A stretch of DNA of 64,000 nt from Candidatus Latescibacterota bacterium (lineage in GTDB: Bacteria; Latescibacterota; UBA2968; UBA8231), in contig OZ242214.1 of assembly GCA_965206595.1 (NCBI GenBank), positions 416,001 to 480,000 on the forward strand, read 5' to 3'. Position numbers and translations under genes: made by a program. Below are positions 20,237-30,005 of this stretch, piece by piece. Under the pieces are notes generated by a model. That model made no database searches, was not told the DNA's origin, and was given only the letters and a program-made list of their open reading frames with translations. How positions within the stretch are numbered: the stretch's first letter is position 1; each line of letters starts with the position of its first letter.

Positions 20237-21250
20237 CTACTCTCCTTTGCGTTTGATTTCTCCCCAACTTCGAAGCCTAACATTTGTAGGCTTATTGGGA
20301 GAGATAAATCTAAGTGAATAACCTGGAATTCTTGGGCCAGTTCTATGCTGGTATACGATTGCATCTCCAGCAGGGCTCCACTCGGGGCGGGAATTCCATT
20401 GTCCATCAAAGGTTATCTGACGTACTGTCTTAAGCCCTTCCCCCTCGGCAATAAACAATTCCCTTGTGCCATCCGACAGCTCTAAGTCGAAAGCTAAGCT
20501 TTTGCCGTCTGGAGACCAGGCCAGCCCCGAAAGACTTAATAATCCGTCCGCAACACGAATACTTTCTCCATTTTCGTTTTTTGCATAGATCCATCCTGTA
20601 TACTCACCCACGAAGTTTCCATACCAAGAGCATGCATACCGACCGTCGAGGGTCCAATCTACTGGACTGGAGCATGATTTACCACTTCCGTGAATTCTAC
20701 TTTCTGATTCCGGATTCAAAATAAATGCAGAGGTCCTCTCGGACATTCGCGGAGTCCAACCCTGTACACTGTAAACCGTTATCCCTAATGGTCCCCAATT
20801 TCCTACGCCGTAATCGTGATAGCCAAGTACAATTTCCCGAACATCTTCTCCGTTAATATCCCTGATGAATATAGAGAAAATATCCCAAAGGGTCTCATAT
20901 TCCTCTACATATCTCTCAGATGATTTTGATAAAGCATACTGAGTCCCATCTGGTGACCAGCCTAATAATAGGCCACCATCTGTATCAGCAATCCTACGCA
21001 GGTTGGAGCCGTCTGGCTGAACGATAAACACCTCGCCGAGATGCTGGTAAATAATTCTGTCATCGACAGGAGACCAGTCCGGCCTTATTCCAGGTCCGAG
21101 TAATACAGACTGTTCCGTATAGGCGTTTACTACAAACATATTTCCTAACGGATAGTTTGGATACACAAACCGATCTCCCTCTGGAGACCAGGATAGCCAT
21201 GCATCTACGGGCGCGGAGAGGACTACTGCCAATCCTAAAACAAAGGAGAA
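20237..21250 (-). CDS. TolB-like/PD40 beta-propeller secreted protein with C-terminal SWGEIK motif (start uncertain)
   Basis: Repeated WSPxG motifs, hydrophobic leader VLGLAVVLSAPVDA, and C-terminus TNVRLRSWGEIKRKGE. Confidence 0.7.
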   Translation of the reverse strand, partial: FSFVLGLAVVLSAPVDAWLSWSPEGDRFVYPNYPLGNMFVVNAYTEQSVLLGPGIRPDWSPVDDRIIYQHLGEVFIVQPDGSNLRRIADTDGGLLLGWSPDGTQYALSKSSERYVEEYETLWDIFSIFIRDINGEDVREIVLGYHDYGVGNWGPLGITVYSVQGWTPRMSERTSAFILNPESESRIHGSGKSCSSPVDWTLDGRYACSWYGNFVGEYTGWIYAKNENGESIRVADGLLSLSGLAWSPDGKSLAFDLELSDGTRELFIAEGEGLKTVRQITFDGQWNSRPEWSPAGDAIVYQHRTGPRIPGYSLRFISPNKPTNVRLRSWGEIKRKGE

Positions 21251-21254
21251 TAAA

Positions 21255-21473
21255 ATGCCCGACGAAGTAAACCTACCGAGCTGGGTAATCCGCCGCTGGG
21301 TTGTAGTGAAAGACGGATCGGTTTCCCGCTTTGAGACCTTGCCGGAAGCAACAGCACACAAGGAGGAGCACGGCGGAACCGTTCGTGAGCTGGAGTTTCG
21401 ACTATGCAGCGTCAAAACAGTTCCTCAGAACTACAAGCCTAATCAAGGCTGGATTAGGTGCGACGGGAAGTAG
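21255..21473 (+). CDS. Small hypothetical protein (72 aa)
   Basis: Strong RBS AAAGGAGAATAAAATG, nearly identical to that of the HTH gene; co-oriented with radC. Confidence 0.5.
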   Translation: MPDEVNLPSWVIRRWVVVKDGSVSRFETLPEATAHKEEHGGTVRELEFRLCSVKTVPQNYKPNQGWIRCDGK

Positions 21474-21581
21474 CCTCCGAAAGAAGAAGGGGGAGGGTAT
21501 CTGTTGGGAGGGGGATGATGTTTGTACAGCAGTTAAGTACATGTACTACTACTTACTAACCCATTAGAAGAAAGGACTATT

Positions 21582-22019
21582 ATGAAACTCGAAGTCGTAG
21601 AACGAACCGTGAAGCAGATATGGCAAGACGTGTGCAGCGAGGCCCTTGTCGGCCCCGGCGATGTTATCGCCTACCTGGACAGCCTGGATTTCAGGGATTC
21701 GGACAGAGAGGTTTTCATTGTCCTGCACCTCGACGCTCGCAACCGCGTTACGGCGCACGAGATAACGTCTATCGGCAGTCAGACGGCATCCCTCGTGCAT
21801 CCGAGGGAGGTATTCAAGTCGGCAGTCCTGAAGGGAGCTAACGGCATTATCCTTGCCCATAATCACCCCAGCGGCGACCCTGCGCCGTCGAAGGAAGATA
21901 TCGACCTTACCCACAGACTGCAGGAAGCGGGGGGACTGCTTGGTATCGAGGTAATGGATCATATCGTCGTTGCCCCTCCTGATGGAAGCGTGTCCATGAA
22001 GGAGCTCGGGATTGTCTGA
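21582..22019 (+). CDS. radC: RadC-like JAB/MPN+ domain protein (JAB-only form typical of mobile elements)
   Basis: REVFIVLHLD...VHPREVFK...LAHNHPSGDPAPSKEDI...DHIV. Confidence 0.92.
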   Translation: MKLEVVERTVKQIWQDVCSEALVGPGDVIAYLDSLDFRDSDREVFIVLHLDARNRVTAHEITSIGSQTASLVHPREVFKSAVLKGANGIILAHNHPSGDPAPSKEDIDLTHRLQEAGGLLGIEVMDHIVVAPPDGSVSMKELGIV

Positions 22020-22431
22020 TTTGATTTCACCACGAGGAAGGACCCTCCGTACCAAATATCCGCCGACGATAGTGCTCAATTGAGCATTAGTTTCTGATAG
22101 GTAGTATCCCCTCCTCCACAAGTCAACAACCTCTTGCCCTCCGTGGATCGGTGATCGGCTCCCGAGTATCAGCCAGGACACCGGAAGGGTCGTGGCCCGG
22201 TTCAGCCATGCAGTATCGCGTGACCCTTGCCGAAAAACCAGGTCGGAAGTGCCGGCTCACCCGTGCAGTGTCAATGTCCGCAACGGGAGGCATCCTGGTA
22301 AAAAAGGACCGCCGGGTTACCGAGCAGCGCCCCCTTGTCCGTGAACGGCGGAAATCGAGAATCGGGCAGGGGAAGGACGAAAGCAGCGCCTTCGCCCCGT
22401 GAAACACAGACCGTTTCGAGGCGGACTGAGG

Positions 22432-23570
22432 TGCAAGTCGGCAGATGCTGCCGCGACACTTCCCACAGATGGAACCTGATGCCTGCCCTGTTTCCGTCCC
22501 TGTCGACCGCGATGAGGGAAATCGGATGCACCTTCGGGTCGGAAAGATCCGTAAAGCCCCAGTCACTGCCCGAAGGGGACCACGCCGTCGAAACCGATTT
22601 CCACCTCGGCTTCCTCCTCACCCATCATTCCACGGCACAGTTTCAGTTCCCAGCCTCCTCTATCATAGGCGGGGTTGTGCGTCTCTCTCGTGGGAACCCT
22701 CAAGCGAACTAGATGGAGGCCATGCGCGTCGCTGAGTCTGAGCCGGATGGGGACACTCTCGGAGCCTTCGGGATACCCATGTGCGGAAAGGAGTTCGATG
22801 GCCGGTGCCTCTGCCCACTCGACCCCGACATCGGGATTGAAGTTGGGGTGAACGGCCAGAAATCCGGCGCTGCAAGCAGACAGGACCCTTCGTTCCTCCC
22901 GCCCGAATGACATGATGTAGGTATCGTCGCGGAAATCGTGTCCCATACCGAAGGTGTGTCCCAGTTCATGGGCCAGGGTTTGCCAGCTGAATTCCTCCGG
23001 CACCAAGAGGGCGCCGCTCTGTTTCGAGCTCCAGGTCGCCGATCCGGCCGCAGTCCTGTTGATCCGGTTGTTACTGTTATCGATGACGAAGACAGCGATA
23101 CTCTTCGACAGATCGAACAGCTGTTCAACCTCGCCGACCAGAGCCCACGTTCCGCCCAGATAGTGACTATCGGGGTGTTGCCCATCCACCCGGTGAACCA
23201 GCGGCTCCCCCTCGTCGTCGGTCTCGAAGCGGAAGGTCTTGTATCCATACCCGTGGGCCTCCATCTGCTCGCCGTAGAAGGTCTGAATGTTGCGGATTTC
23301 GTCCTTTATCCTCTGAACCACGTCCGCACGATACGGGCGGTCGTTGGGCAGGAAGTAGAAGAGGCGCACGGTGCGGGGTTCGCCGATGTCGAGATCGGCC
23401 AGCGGCTTGGCTGCGGGGCGGGGGTGATCGCGCCGCCATTGATCGAAATCGAACTGCAGGCAGAAATGCAGGCTGTCGGCAAGTGAAGGCGAAGCATGGA
23501 CCAACGCGGGCGGCAAAAGAACGAGAGCGAGCAGGGCGAAAAAGGCGGAGCGAAGAAATGGGGCTTTCAT
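22432..23570 (-). pseudogene. N-terminal half of a secreted zinc metallopeptidase-domain protein; frameshift at ~22570, truncated at ~22435
   Basis: Signal peptide MKAPFLRSAFFALLALVLLPPALVHA and HELGHTFGMGH metzincin motif. Protein-like sequence continues in another frame (DWGFTDLSDPKVHPISLIAVDRDGNR...LWEVSRQHL), then degrades. Confidence 0.75.
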
Positions 23571-23765
23571 TGGGTCAGGTCCTGTATGCCAACGTTTGCA
23601 TTAGCCGGGACAGTACGGTCAACACGCATTTATTCCTATTCCATGCAGGTGACGTCGGGCAGCGAACCGCCCTTCTCTTGCAGGAGTTCCAGGGCGATCC
23701 CTACAGTAGTTCGTCTTGATTCGGCCAGGAGATGGCCCGTTCCCGCTTCAGCAGGATGAGCCGCA

Positions 23766-24086
23766 TTGCCTCCACGCAGCTACTACACCGGTCCCAGCCC
23801 GATCCACGGCAAGGGGGTATTCGCCGCCCGCAGGATCACCTGCGGCGAGCTGATCGGGGTGTATACCGGGACCCCCACCGACCGTGACGGAACCCACGTG
23901 CTCTGGGTCGAGGGGGAGGACGGCGTCATGGCGGGACGCCTGGGAAAGAACGGGCTGCGCTTCCTCAACCACTCCAGCCGCCCCAACGCCGAGTTCGACG
24001 GGGATCATCTTTATGCCCTGCGCCTCATCCGCAAGGACGAGGAGATCACCTTCCACTACGGTGAAGAGTGGGAAGGGGTGCCCTGA
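23766..24086 (+). CDS. Stand-alone SET-domain protein (putative lysine methyltransferase)
   Basis: SPIHGKGVFA, RFLNHSSRPN and EEITFHY SET signature motifs. Confidence 0.88.
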   Translation: MPPRSYYTGPSPIHGKGVFAARRITCGELIGVYTGTPTDRDGTHVLWVEGEDGVMAGRLGKNGLRFLNHSSRPNAEFDGDHLYALRLIRKDEEITFHYGEEWEGVP

Positions 24087-24168
24087 GGGGTGCCCTGACG
24101 GCAGTGCCAAGTTTCCATCGCTTCCCTCGCAATCCTCTGAACAAGCAGCATAACAAAAGGATTGATAC

Positions 24169-25158
24169 ATGAAGACCGCGGTGGATGCCGTGCGCCCCTT
24201 TCTCCCGTTGGCCGTTGCGCTTCTACTGTGCAGCGCCGCATCGAGTCCCGCTTCCGGGTTCGAGTTCGCCGCCATCGGCGACCTTCCGTACAGCGAGACT
24301 GACAGCCTGCGCTTCCCCTTGCTGCGCGAGCGTATCGATGCCGAGGACCTCGCCTTCGTCCTGCACGTGGGGGACATCAAGGGGGGTGGGAGCTCCTGCG
24401 CCGACGCGGTGCTGGAGTCGCGGCTGCGGATGTTCTCGCGCTTCCGCCATCCCTTCGTGCTGCTGCCGGGGGACAACGAGTGGACGGACTGCCACCGCGA
24501 GAAAGCCGGGGCCTGGAAGCCGCTGGAGCGGCTGGCCAGGCTGCGGGCCCTGTTCTTCACGCCGCCGGGGCGGGTGCTCGGAGGCGGCTCGCTAGCGCTG
24601 GTCTCCCAGGCCTCCGACCCTGCCTGGGCGGAGTTCCCCGAGCACGTCCGCTGGAGTCGCGATCGTGTGGTTTTCGTGGCACTGCACCTCGTCGGCAGCA
24701 AAAACGCTTTGGCGGGCTTCCCGGCGCGCACCCAGGAAGACGATGCCGAGGTGGCGCGGCGCACGGACGCGGCCATCGCCTGGATGCGCGAGGCCTTCCG
24801 CGTTGCCCGGGAGACCGATGCTCCCGCCCTGCTGATCGCCATGCACGGGAATCCGCGTTTCGAGACCGACCAGGCCGCGGATCCGCCGGGGCCGTACTCC
24901 GGGTTCCTGGGGGTGCTGTCCGGGGAGACCTCGGCGTACCGAAGGCCCGTCCTCCTCGTCCACGGGGACTTCCACTACTTCCGCGTCGACAAGCCGCTCA
25001 TCGGACCGGAGAGCGGACGCCGCCTCGACAACTTCACGCGTCTCGAGGTCTTCGGCTCTCCCCACATGCACTGGGTGCGGGTGCAGGTCGATCCCGGCGA
25101 TCCCCAGGTTTTCCGCTTCCGCCAGGAGATCATACCCGAGCACGCCCGGCTTGACTGA
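24169..25158 (+). CDS. Secreted calcineurin-like metallophosphoesterase
   Basis: Signal peptide; IGDLPY, HVGDIK, PGDNEW and HGDFH motifs. Confidence 0.85.
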   Translation: MKTAVDAVRPFLPLAVALLLCSAASSPASGFEFAAIGDLPYSETDSLRFPLLRERIDAEDLAFVLHVGDIKGGGSSCADAVLESRLRMFSRFRHPFVLLPGDNEWTDCHREKAGAWKPLERLARLRALFFTPPGRVLGGGSLALVSQASDPAWAEFPEHVRWSRDRVVFVALHLVGSKNALAGFPARTQEDDAEVARRTDAAIAWMREAFRVARETDAPALLIAMHGNPRFETDQAADPPGPYSGFLGVLSGETSAYRRPVLLVHGDFHYFRVDKPLIGPESGRRLDNFTRLEVFGSPHMHWVRVQVDPGDPQVFRFRQEIIPEHARLD

Positions 25159-25448
25159 GCCCCGGGGTTGAGAGTTATGGCAGATCCAAAGGCCGATTCG
25201 GAAACAGCGGCCGGCAGCTGCGCCGCGCAGGTTTCCGGCCGAGACCTGCAATTGCGGCCTGCGGCCCGGTTTGAAATGGGGACGGGCTGTCGTGTCCGCG
25301 CCCCTTCGGTCAGAAGGCCCGGGTCTATTGCCCGCAGCCAGGTCCGGAACAACGGCCGGGTGCCGGGCCTTGGCAGCTTCGGCAGGCTGCAACCGGGTCC
25401 CGCGGACTTCCTGAACGGTTCGGTGAGACGCCAGGAAAGGGGCGGAGC

Positions 25449-26147
25449 ATGAAGGCGAAGGCGGTCCTGTTCGATCTCGACGACACCCTGTACGAGTACG
25501 CGCCCTGCAACAGGGTTGGGCTCGCCGCGGCGCGTGAAGTGCTCGGGGGCGCCTTCGAGATCCCGGCACAGGAGTTCCAGGGGCTTCACGACGAGGTCCG
25601 CGGACAGCTGGCTTCCGAGCTGCGTGGACAGGCCGCCTCCCACAACCGGGCGCTCTTCTTCAAGCGCATGGTCGAGGAGATCGCCGGTGGACGGCATCCG
25701 GCTTTGTCTGACCTGGTGCGGCGGATGTACGACCGCTACTGGGAGGCGTTCTACGAGCGCATGCAGCCGCAGGCGGACGCCCCGGAGGTCCTGGCTGCCC
25801 TGAAGGCCTCCCGCCCGCTGGTCCTGGTTTCCAACCACACCGCGCTGCCGCAACTGGGAAAGATCTCAGCCCTGGGTTTCGACGGCCTGTTCGACGCGGT
25901 CGTCACCAGCGAGGAGGCGGGGGCCGAGAAGCCGGCGGCGCGCATCTTCGAGATCGCCCTCGAGCGAGCGGGAGCCCGGCCGGAGGAGGCGGTGATGATC
26001 GGCGACGATCCCGAAACCGACATCGCAGGGGCCGCGGCGCTCGGGATGCGCAGCATCCAGACGCTGGAGTTCACTTCGAAGGGGGCGTCCCCGCAGGCGG
26101 ACCGGGTGGTCCGGGCCCTTGGGGAGGTGCTGCAGATTTTGAAGTGA
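25449..26147 (+). CDS. HAD-family hydrolase (YjjG-like)
   Basis: FDLDDTLY, VSN, EKP and IGDDPETDI motifs. Confidence 0.9.
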   Translation: MKAKAVLFDLDDTLYEYAPCNRVGLAAAREVLGGAFEIPAQEFQGLHDEVRGQLASELRGQAASHNRALFFKRMVEEIAGGRHPALSDLVRRMYDRYWEAFYERMQPQADAPEVLAALKASRPLVLVSNHTALPQLGKISALGFDGLFDAVVTSEEAGAEKPAARIFEIALERAGARPEEAVMIGDDPETDIAGAAALGMRSIQTLEFTSKGASPQADRVVRALGEVLQILK

Positions 26148-26475
26148 GCCGGCCGACCGCCAGGCCGAGCCGGGGAGGGATTCCGAAGTGCCGGGGCTAG
26201 GGCCCGGCTGCGTTCGGTCGGCCCCCACCATCCTCTGGCGTGCCGCGCAGGTGGGGCGGGCCAGTGGGATGCGGAAGATCATGCGCCGTTCCCGACGCGA
26301 AAGGCCAAGGCCGCATGGGCCCAGCCGCCGATCCCGCGCCGATCCCGCGGCCGCACCATCCCTTCTCGGTCGCTTCCAGGCGGCCGGCGGCGTAAATGGA
26401 AGAGACCCTGGGTTGCCTATATTCAGGTCCTCGCGCATCGACAACCGGCCCCACCCTCCGGGAAGGATGTGAAGT

Positions 26476-28314
26476 GTGATGGAGATTCTGCCACTGCTCG
26501 CCGTCGCCCTCTTTCTCCTGCTCCTGCTCTACTTCGGCAGGGGCAGGGAACCGGGGGGGCTCGATGCCTACTACGACGTCTCCCACGGCGAGCGCCACCT
26601 GCACAAGTGGGGGTACACCGACACCCGCATCGAGTTCGACGGCCCCCGCAGCGTGCGCATGACCGGCGGCCGCTACATGCTGGCCGGGTACAGCATGCCG
26701 CACCTGGTCCCGTTCGCCGAGGATGTCCTCGGGGTGGCGTTCACGCCGGATGAAATGATTGAGGAAGTGCCGCGGCAGCCCCTTCCCGAACCCAGGACCA
26801 ACCAGGCCTTCCTCGCAGCCGTTTCCGAGCGGCTGCAAGCGGACCAGATCGACGCCGGCGAGGAGGCCCGCCTGACTCACAGCCACGGCCAGCTCAGTGT
26901 CGACGAGGTCTACCGGCTGCAGTACATCGGCGGCCTGAAGCGGACCGTCGACCTCGTGCTCCATCCGCAGAGCGAGGAGGAGGTCGCCGACATCCTGCGC
27001 CTGGCGCACGAGCACGGCGTCTGCCTCGTTCCCTACGGCGGCGGCACCAACGTCAGCGGCGCCCTCGCTCTTCCCACGGACGAGGAGCGCATGATCGTCT
27101 CCGTCGACATGCGGCGCATGAACCGCGTCCTCTGGGTCGACACCGAGAACCTGCAGGCCTGCGTCGAGTGCGGGATCTACGGAAAGGACCTCGAGCGCGA
27201 GCTCGGGGCGCGGGGGTTCACCTCCGGGCACGACCCGGACAGTCTCGAGCTGTCGACCCTCGGCGGCTGGATCTCGACCAACGCCAGCGGCATGAAGAAG
27301 AACAGGTACGGCAACATCGAGGAGATCGTCCTCGAGGCGACGCTGGTGACCCCGACCGGGGAGATCGAGACCCGGCACGCGACCCCGCGCAACTCGACCG
27401 GCATCCAGCCGCGCGTCTTCCTTTTCGGCAGCGAGGGAAACTTCGGCGTCATCACCAAGGCGGTCCTCAAGATCCACCCGCTGCCCGGGGTGCGCCGCTA
27501 CGGGCTGCTGGTGTTCCCGCGCTTCGAGAACGGCGTCTCCTTCCTGAAGGAGCTGCGCGGCACCGGGGTGCTGCCGGCGAGCATCCGCCTGGTCAGCAAC
27601 TTCGAGCTGCGCTTCAGCCAGGCGCTCAAGCCGGCGCCCGGCTTCGGGAAGGGGATCGCCGACCGGCTGCAGAAGTTCGTCCTACTCAGGGTCAAGAAGT
27701 TCGACCCGCGAGCGATGGCGGCCTGCACGGTCGTGATGGAGGGGAACCGGACCGAGGTCGCCCACCAGAGGAGGGTGATCTACGCCACCGCGGCCCGCTT
27801 CGGCGCCCTGGACGGAGGGGAGAGGAACGGCCAGCGCGGCTACATGCTGACCTTCGGCATCGCCTACCTGCGCGACTTCTTCAACCAGTTCAACATCGTC
27901 GCCGAGACCTTCGAGACCTCGGTGCCCTGGAGCAGGATCCACGACGTGATCGCCGCGGTCGAGACCGAGCTGTCGGGTCAGTGCGCCGCCCGCGGCGTCG
28001 CCGGGACCCCCTACCTCGCCTACCGCGTCACCCAGACCTACCACACCGGGGTCTGCATCTACTTCACGATGGGGTTTTCAGGGAAGGGCCTCGAGGCCCC
28101 GGACGAGGTGTTTCACCAGATCGAGAGCCGCCTGCGCCAGGCGATTCTCGACAACGGCGGATCGCTCTCCCACCACCACGGCATCGGCAAGATCCGCCAG
28201 GGATTCGTCGCCCGCATCCAGAGCCCCAACAGCATCGAGGTGCTGCGCAGGACCAAGCAGGCGATCGATCCGGACAACGTCTTCGGGATCCGCAACAACG
28301 TCTTCAACGGGTGA
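26476..28314 (+). CDS. FAD-binding oxidoreductase, alkyl-dihydroxyacetonephosphate synthase (AGPS)-like, with N-terminal TM segment
   Basis: PYGGGTNVS, GHDPDSLELSTLGGWISTNASGMKKNRYGNIE, ETFETSVPW and LSHHHGIGKIR. Confidence 0.85.
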   Translation: MMEILPLLAVALFLLLLLYFGRGREPGGLDAYYDVSHGERHLHKWGYTDTRIEFDGPRSVRMTGGRYMLAGYSMPHLVPFAEDVLGVAFTPDEMIEEVPRQPLPEPRTNQAFLAAVSERLQADQIDAGEEARLTHSHGQLSVDEVYRLQYIGGLKRTVDLVLHPQSEEEVADILRLAHEHGVCLVPYGGGTNVSGALALPTDEERMIVSVDMRRMNRVLWVDTENLQACVECGIYGKDLERELGARGFTSGHDPDSLELSTLGGWISTNASGMKKNRYGNIEEIVLEATLVTPTGEIETRHATPRNSTGIQPRVFLFGSEGNFGVITKAVLKIHPLPGVRRYGLLVFPRFENGVSFLKELRGTGVLPASIRLVSNFELRFSQALKPAPGFGKGIADRLQKFVLLRVKKFDPRAMAACTVVMEGNRTEVAHQRRVIYATAARFGALDGGERNGQRGYMLTFGIAYLRDFFNQFNIVAETFETSVPWSRIHDVIAAVETELSGQCAARGVAGTPYLAYRVTQTYHTGVCIYFTMGFSGKGLEAPDEVFHQIESRLRQAILDNGGSLSHHHGIGKIRQGFVARIQSPNSIEVLRRTKQAIDPDNVFGIRNNVFNG

Positions 28315-28438
28315 CCGCGGCTGCGGCGATTCCGGTAGCCAGGTGCGGCAGCCGGCCACCCGCGGCCGTGCGTGGTCGGGCAGAGGTAATCTTTCCTCGC
28401 ACGCCCGGAGGCCCGCACCGGTTCCTGCCGCCGGTCCG

Positions 28439-29914
28439 CTATCCCCGGCGGACCTCCGGGTCGAGCGGAAAGATCGGCCGCCTCAGCTTGCGGTAGTCGT
28501 AGCTGAAGAGGTCGGGGCTGTGCACCCCGGGGGTGTCGACGTCGAGGATCTCGCAGGCGATCGGGGTGTAGTCGGCGCGGAAGTGGACGGCTGACTTCAG
28601 GGCGATCAGCTCGCAGTCCTCCGGCGCGATCCCGTTCGAGCGCAGCACCTCGGCGTCGTACGGCTGCACCCGCTCCTCGGTCAGCAGGACGGTGACGCCT
28701 CCGGCCTCGACCACCGCGGTGCGGCCGAGGCAGCCGGACTTGCCGCGTCCCATCGGCCCCTTGTGGACGAAGCGGCCGTCGGAGATCCGCCTGACGTAGG
28801 CCGTCGCCTCCACCGGCTCGCCGTGCAGGGGATCGGTCTTGCCGCCGATGCGCAGGGCGACGCGGGTGCCGGGGCCGGCCAGGAAAGCGAGGTCTACCGA
28901 CTCCGGGTCGGCGATGATGGCGACTACGGCGCCGCTCACCCCGGCCTCGATGAACGCCCTCAGCACGTGGGTGCCGTCGCAGGGGCCGCCGCCCCCGGGA
29001 TTGTCCGAGCCCTCGGCGAGCACGAACGGCTTCCCCTCGCTGGCGCGGGAACGGGCGATCGCCTCCTCCACGGAGACCAGGTCGGGGACGAGCTCGGCGC
29101 GGCGCTCCCACAGGTATTCGGCGAACTCTTCGGCGCACTGCTCAGCGAGCTGCCGGTCGCCGTCGGCGGCGACCAGCACCGAGGCCCCGGCGTCGCGGAT
29201 GTCGGCGAACGGGAACCCCATCGACAGGGTGGCGGTGAGCACCCCGGGCCGCGCCTCGAGGGCGTGCAACTGCTCTACGATGCCGCTCATCGGCTGCTTC
29301 ATCGTGCACTGCGCCGGCGGCCCGGTCAGCAGCGGCAGCTGGCGGTAGGCCGTCTCCGGGGAGACCGTCCCGGCCGCGGTGTCTCTGATGAGCCGCACGG
29401 CCTCCAGGCCGCGCTCGTAGCAGTCGACGTGCGGGTAGGTGTCGAAGCCGACGATGGCGTCCGCGTGGGCGGCCATCGCCGCGGTGATGTTGGCGTGCAG
29501 GTCGAGGGTGGTCACCAGGGGCAGCGGGCCGATGACCTCGCGCACCGCGGCGAGCAGGTCCCCCTCGGCGTCCTCGTGCGCCTCGGTGACCATGGCCCCG
29601 TGCAGGTCGAGCAGGACCCCGTCCACCGGGAGCGCCGCCTCGAGGCGCTCGAGGAAACGCTTCTTCAGGGTTTCGTACGCCGATTGCTCGATGGTCGCCG
29701 AAGGGGTTGCGAAGGTCCACAGCAGGGGAACGAGCTCGACCTCCAGTTCCGCGGCCCCGTCGATGAAGCCGCCGGTGACGGTGCCGGTCCCGGCGAAGGC
29801 GTCGAAGATGCCCTCCCCGGTCTCGTACGTCCCCTGCTCGAAGCTCTCCAGGGTGGTGGGAACCTTGGAAAAGGTGTTGGTCTCGTGGCCGATGCAGCCG
29901 GTGGCGATGCGCAT
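28439..29914 (-). CDS. M81-family metallopeptidase (MlrC-like)
   Basis: HETNTFS, LDLHGAM, LDLHAN, YPHVD, DNPGGG and KSAVHFRA. Confidence 0.9.
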   Translation of the reverse strand: MRIATGCIGHETNTFSKVPTTLESFEQGTYETGEGIFDAFAGTGTVTGGFIDGAAELEVELVPLLWTFATPSATIEQSAYETLKKRFLERLEAALPVDGVLLDLHGAMVTEAHEDAEGDLLAAVREVIGPLPLVTTLDLHANITAAMAAHADAIVGFDTYPHVDCYERGLEAVRLIRDTAAGTVSPETAYRQLPLLTGPPAQCTMKQPMSGIVEQLHALEARPGVLTATLSMGFPFADIRDAGASVLVAADGDRQLAEQCAEEFAEYLWERRAELVPDLVSVEEAIARSRASEGKPFVLAEGSDNPGGGGPCDGTHVLRAFIEAGVSGAVVAIIADPESVDLAFLAGPGTRVALRIGGKTDPLHGEPVEATAYVRRISDGRFVHKGPMGRGKSGCLGRTAVVEAGGVTVLLTEERVQPYDAEVLRSNGIAPEDCELIALKSAVHFRADYTPIACEILDVDTPGVHSPDLFSYDYRKLRRPIFPLDPEVRRG

Positions 29915-30005
29915 AGCGGTCCTTCCTTCTCCCAGTCTCTGTCTCGGTGGTGGTAAAGTGAACGGTTCGGCCGCCAAGGGGCGGCCCGGTCCCGGCCGCG
30001 AGCAG

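Larger units (their letters stand above)
7202..22431. mobile_element. AT-richer accessory island (IS1595, ISL3, HEPN/DUF3800 cargo, duplicated HTH module, radC); boundaries approximate
   Basis: Composition changes abruptly at 7201 (GGGAATTAT). MGE marker genes lie inside, and the island is flanked by two halves of what looks like one gene. Confidence 0.55.

Noticed and set aside
21536-22089. Palindromes AGTACATGTACT (21536-21547) and TGCTCAATTGAGCA (~22073-22086) around radC
   Set aside because: Short, unrelated to each other, and matching no operator I can name confidently.
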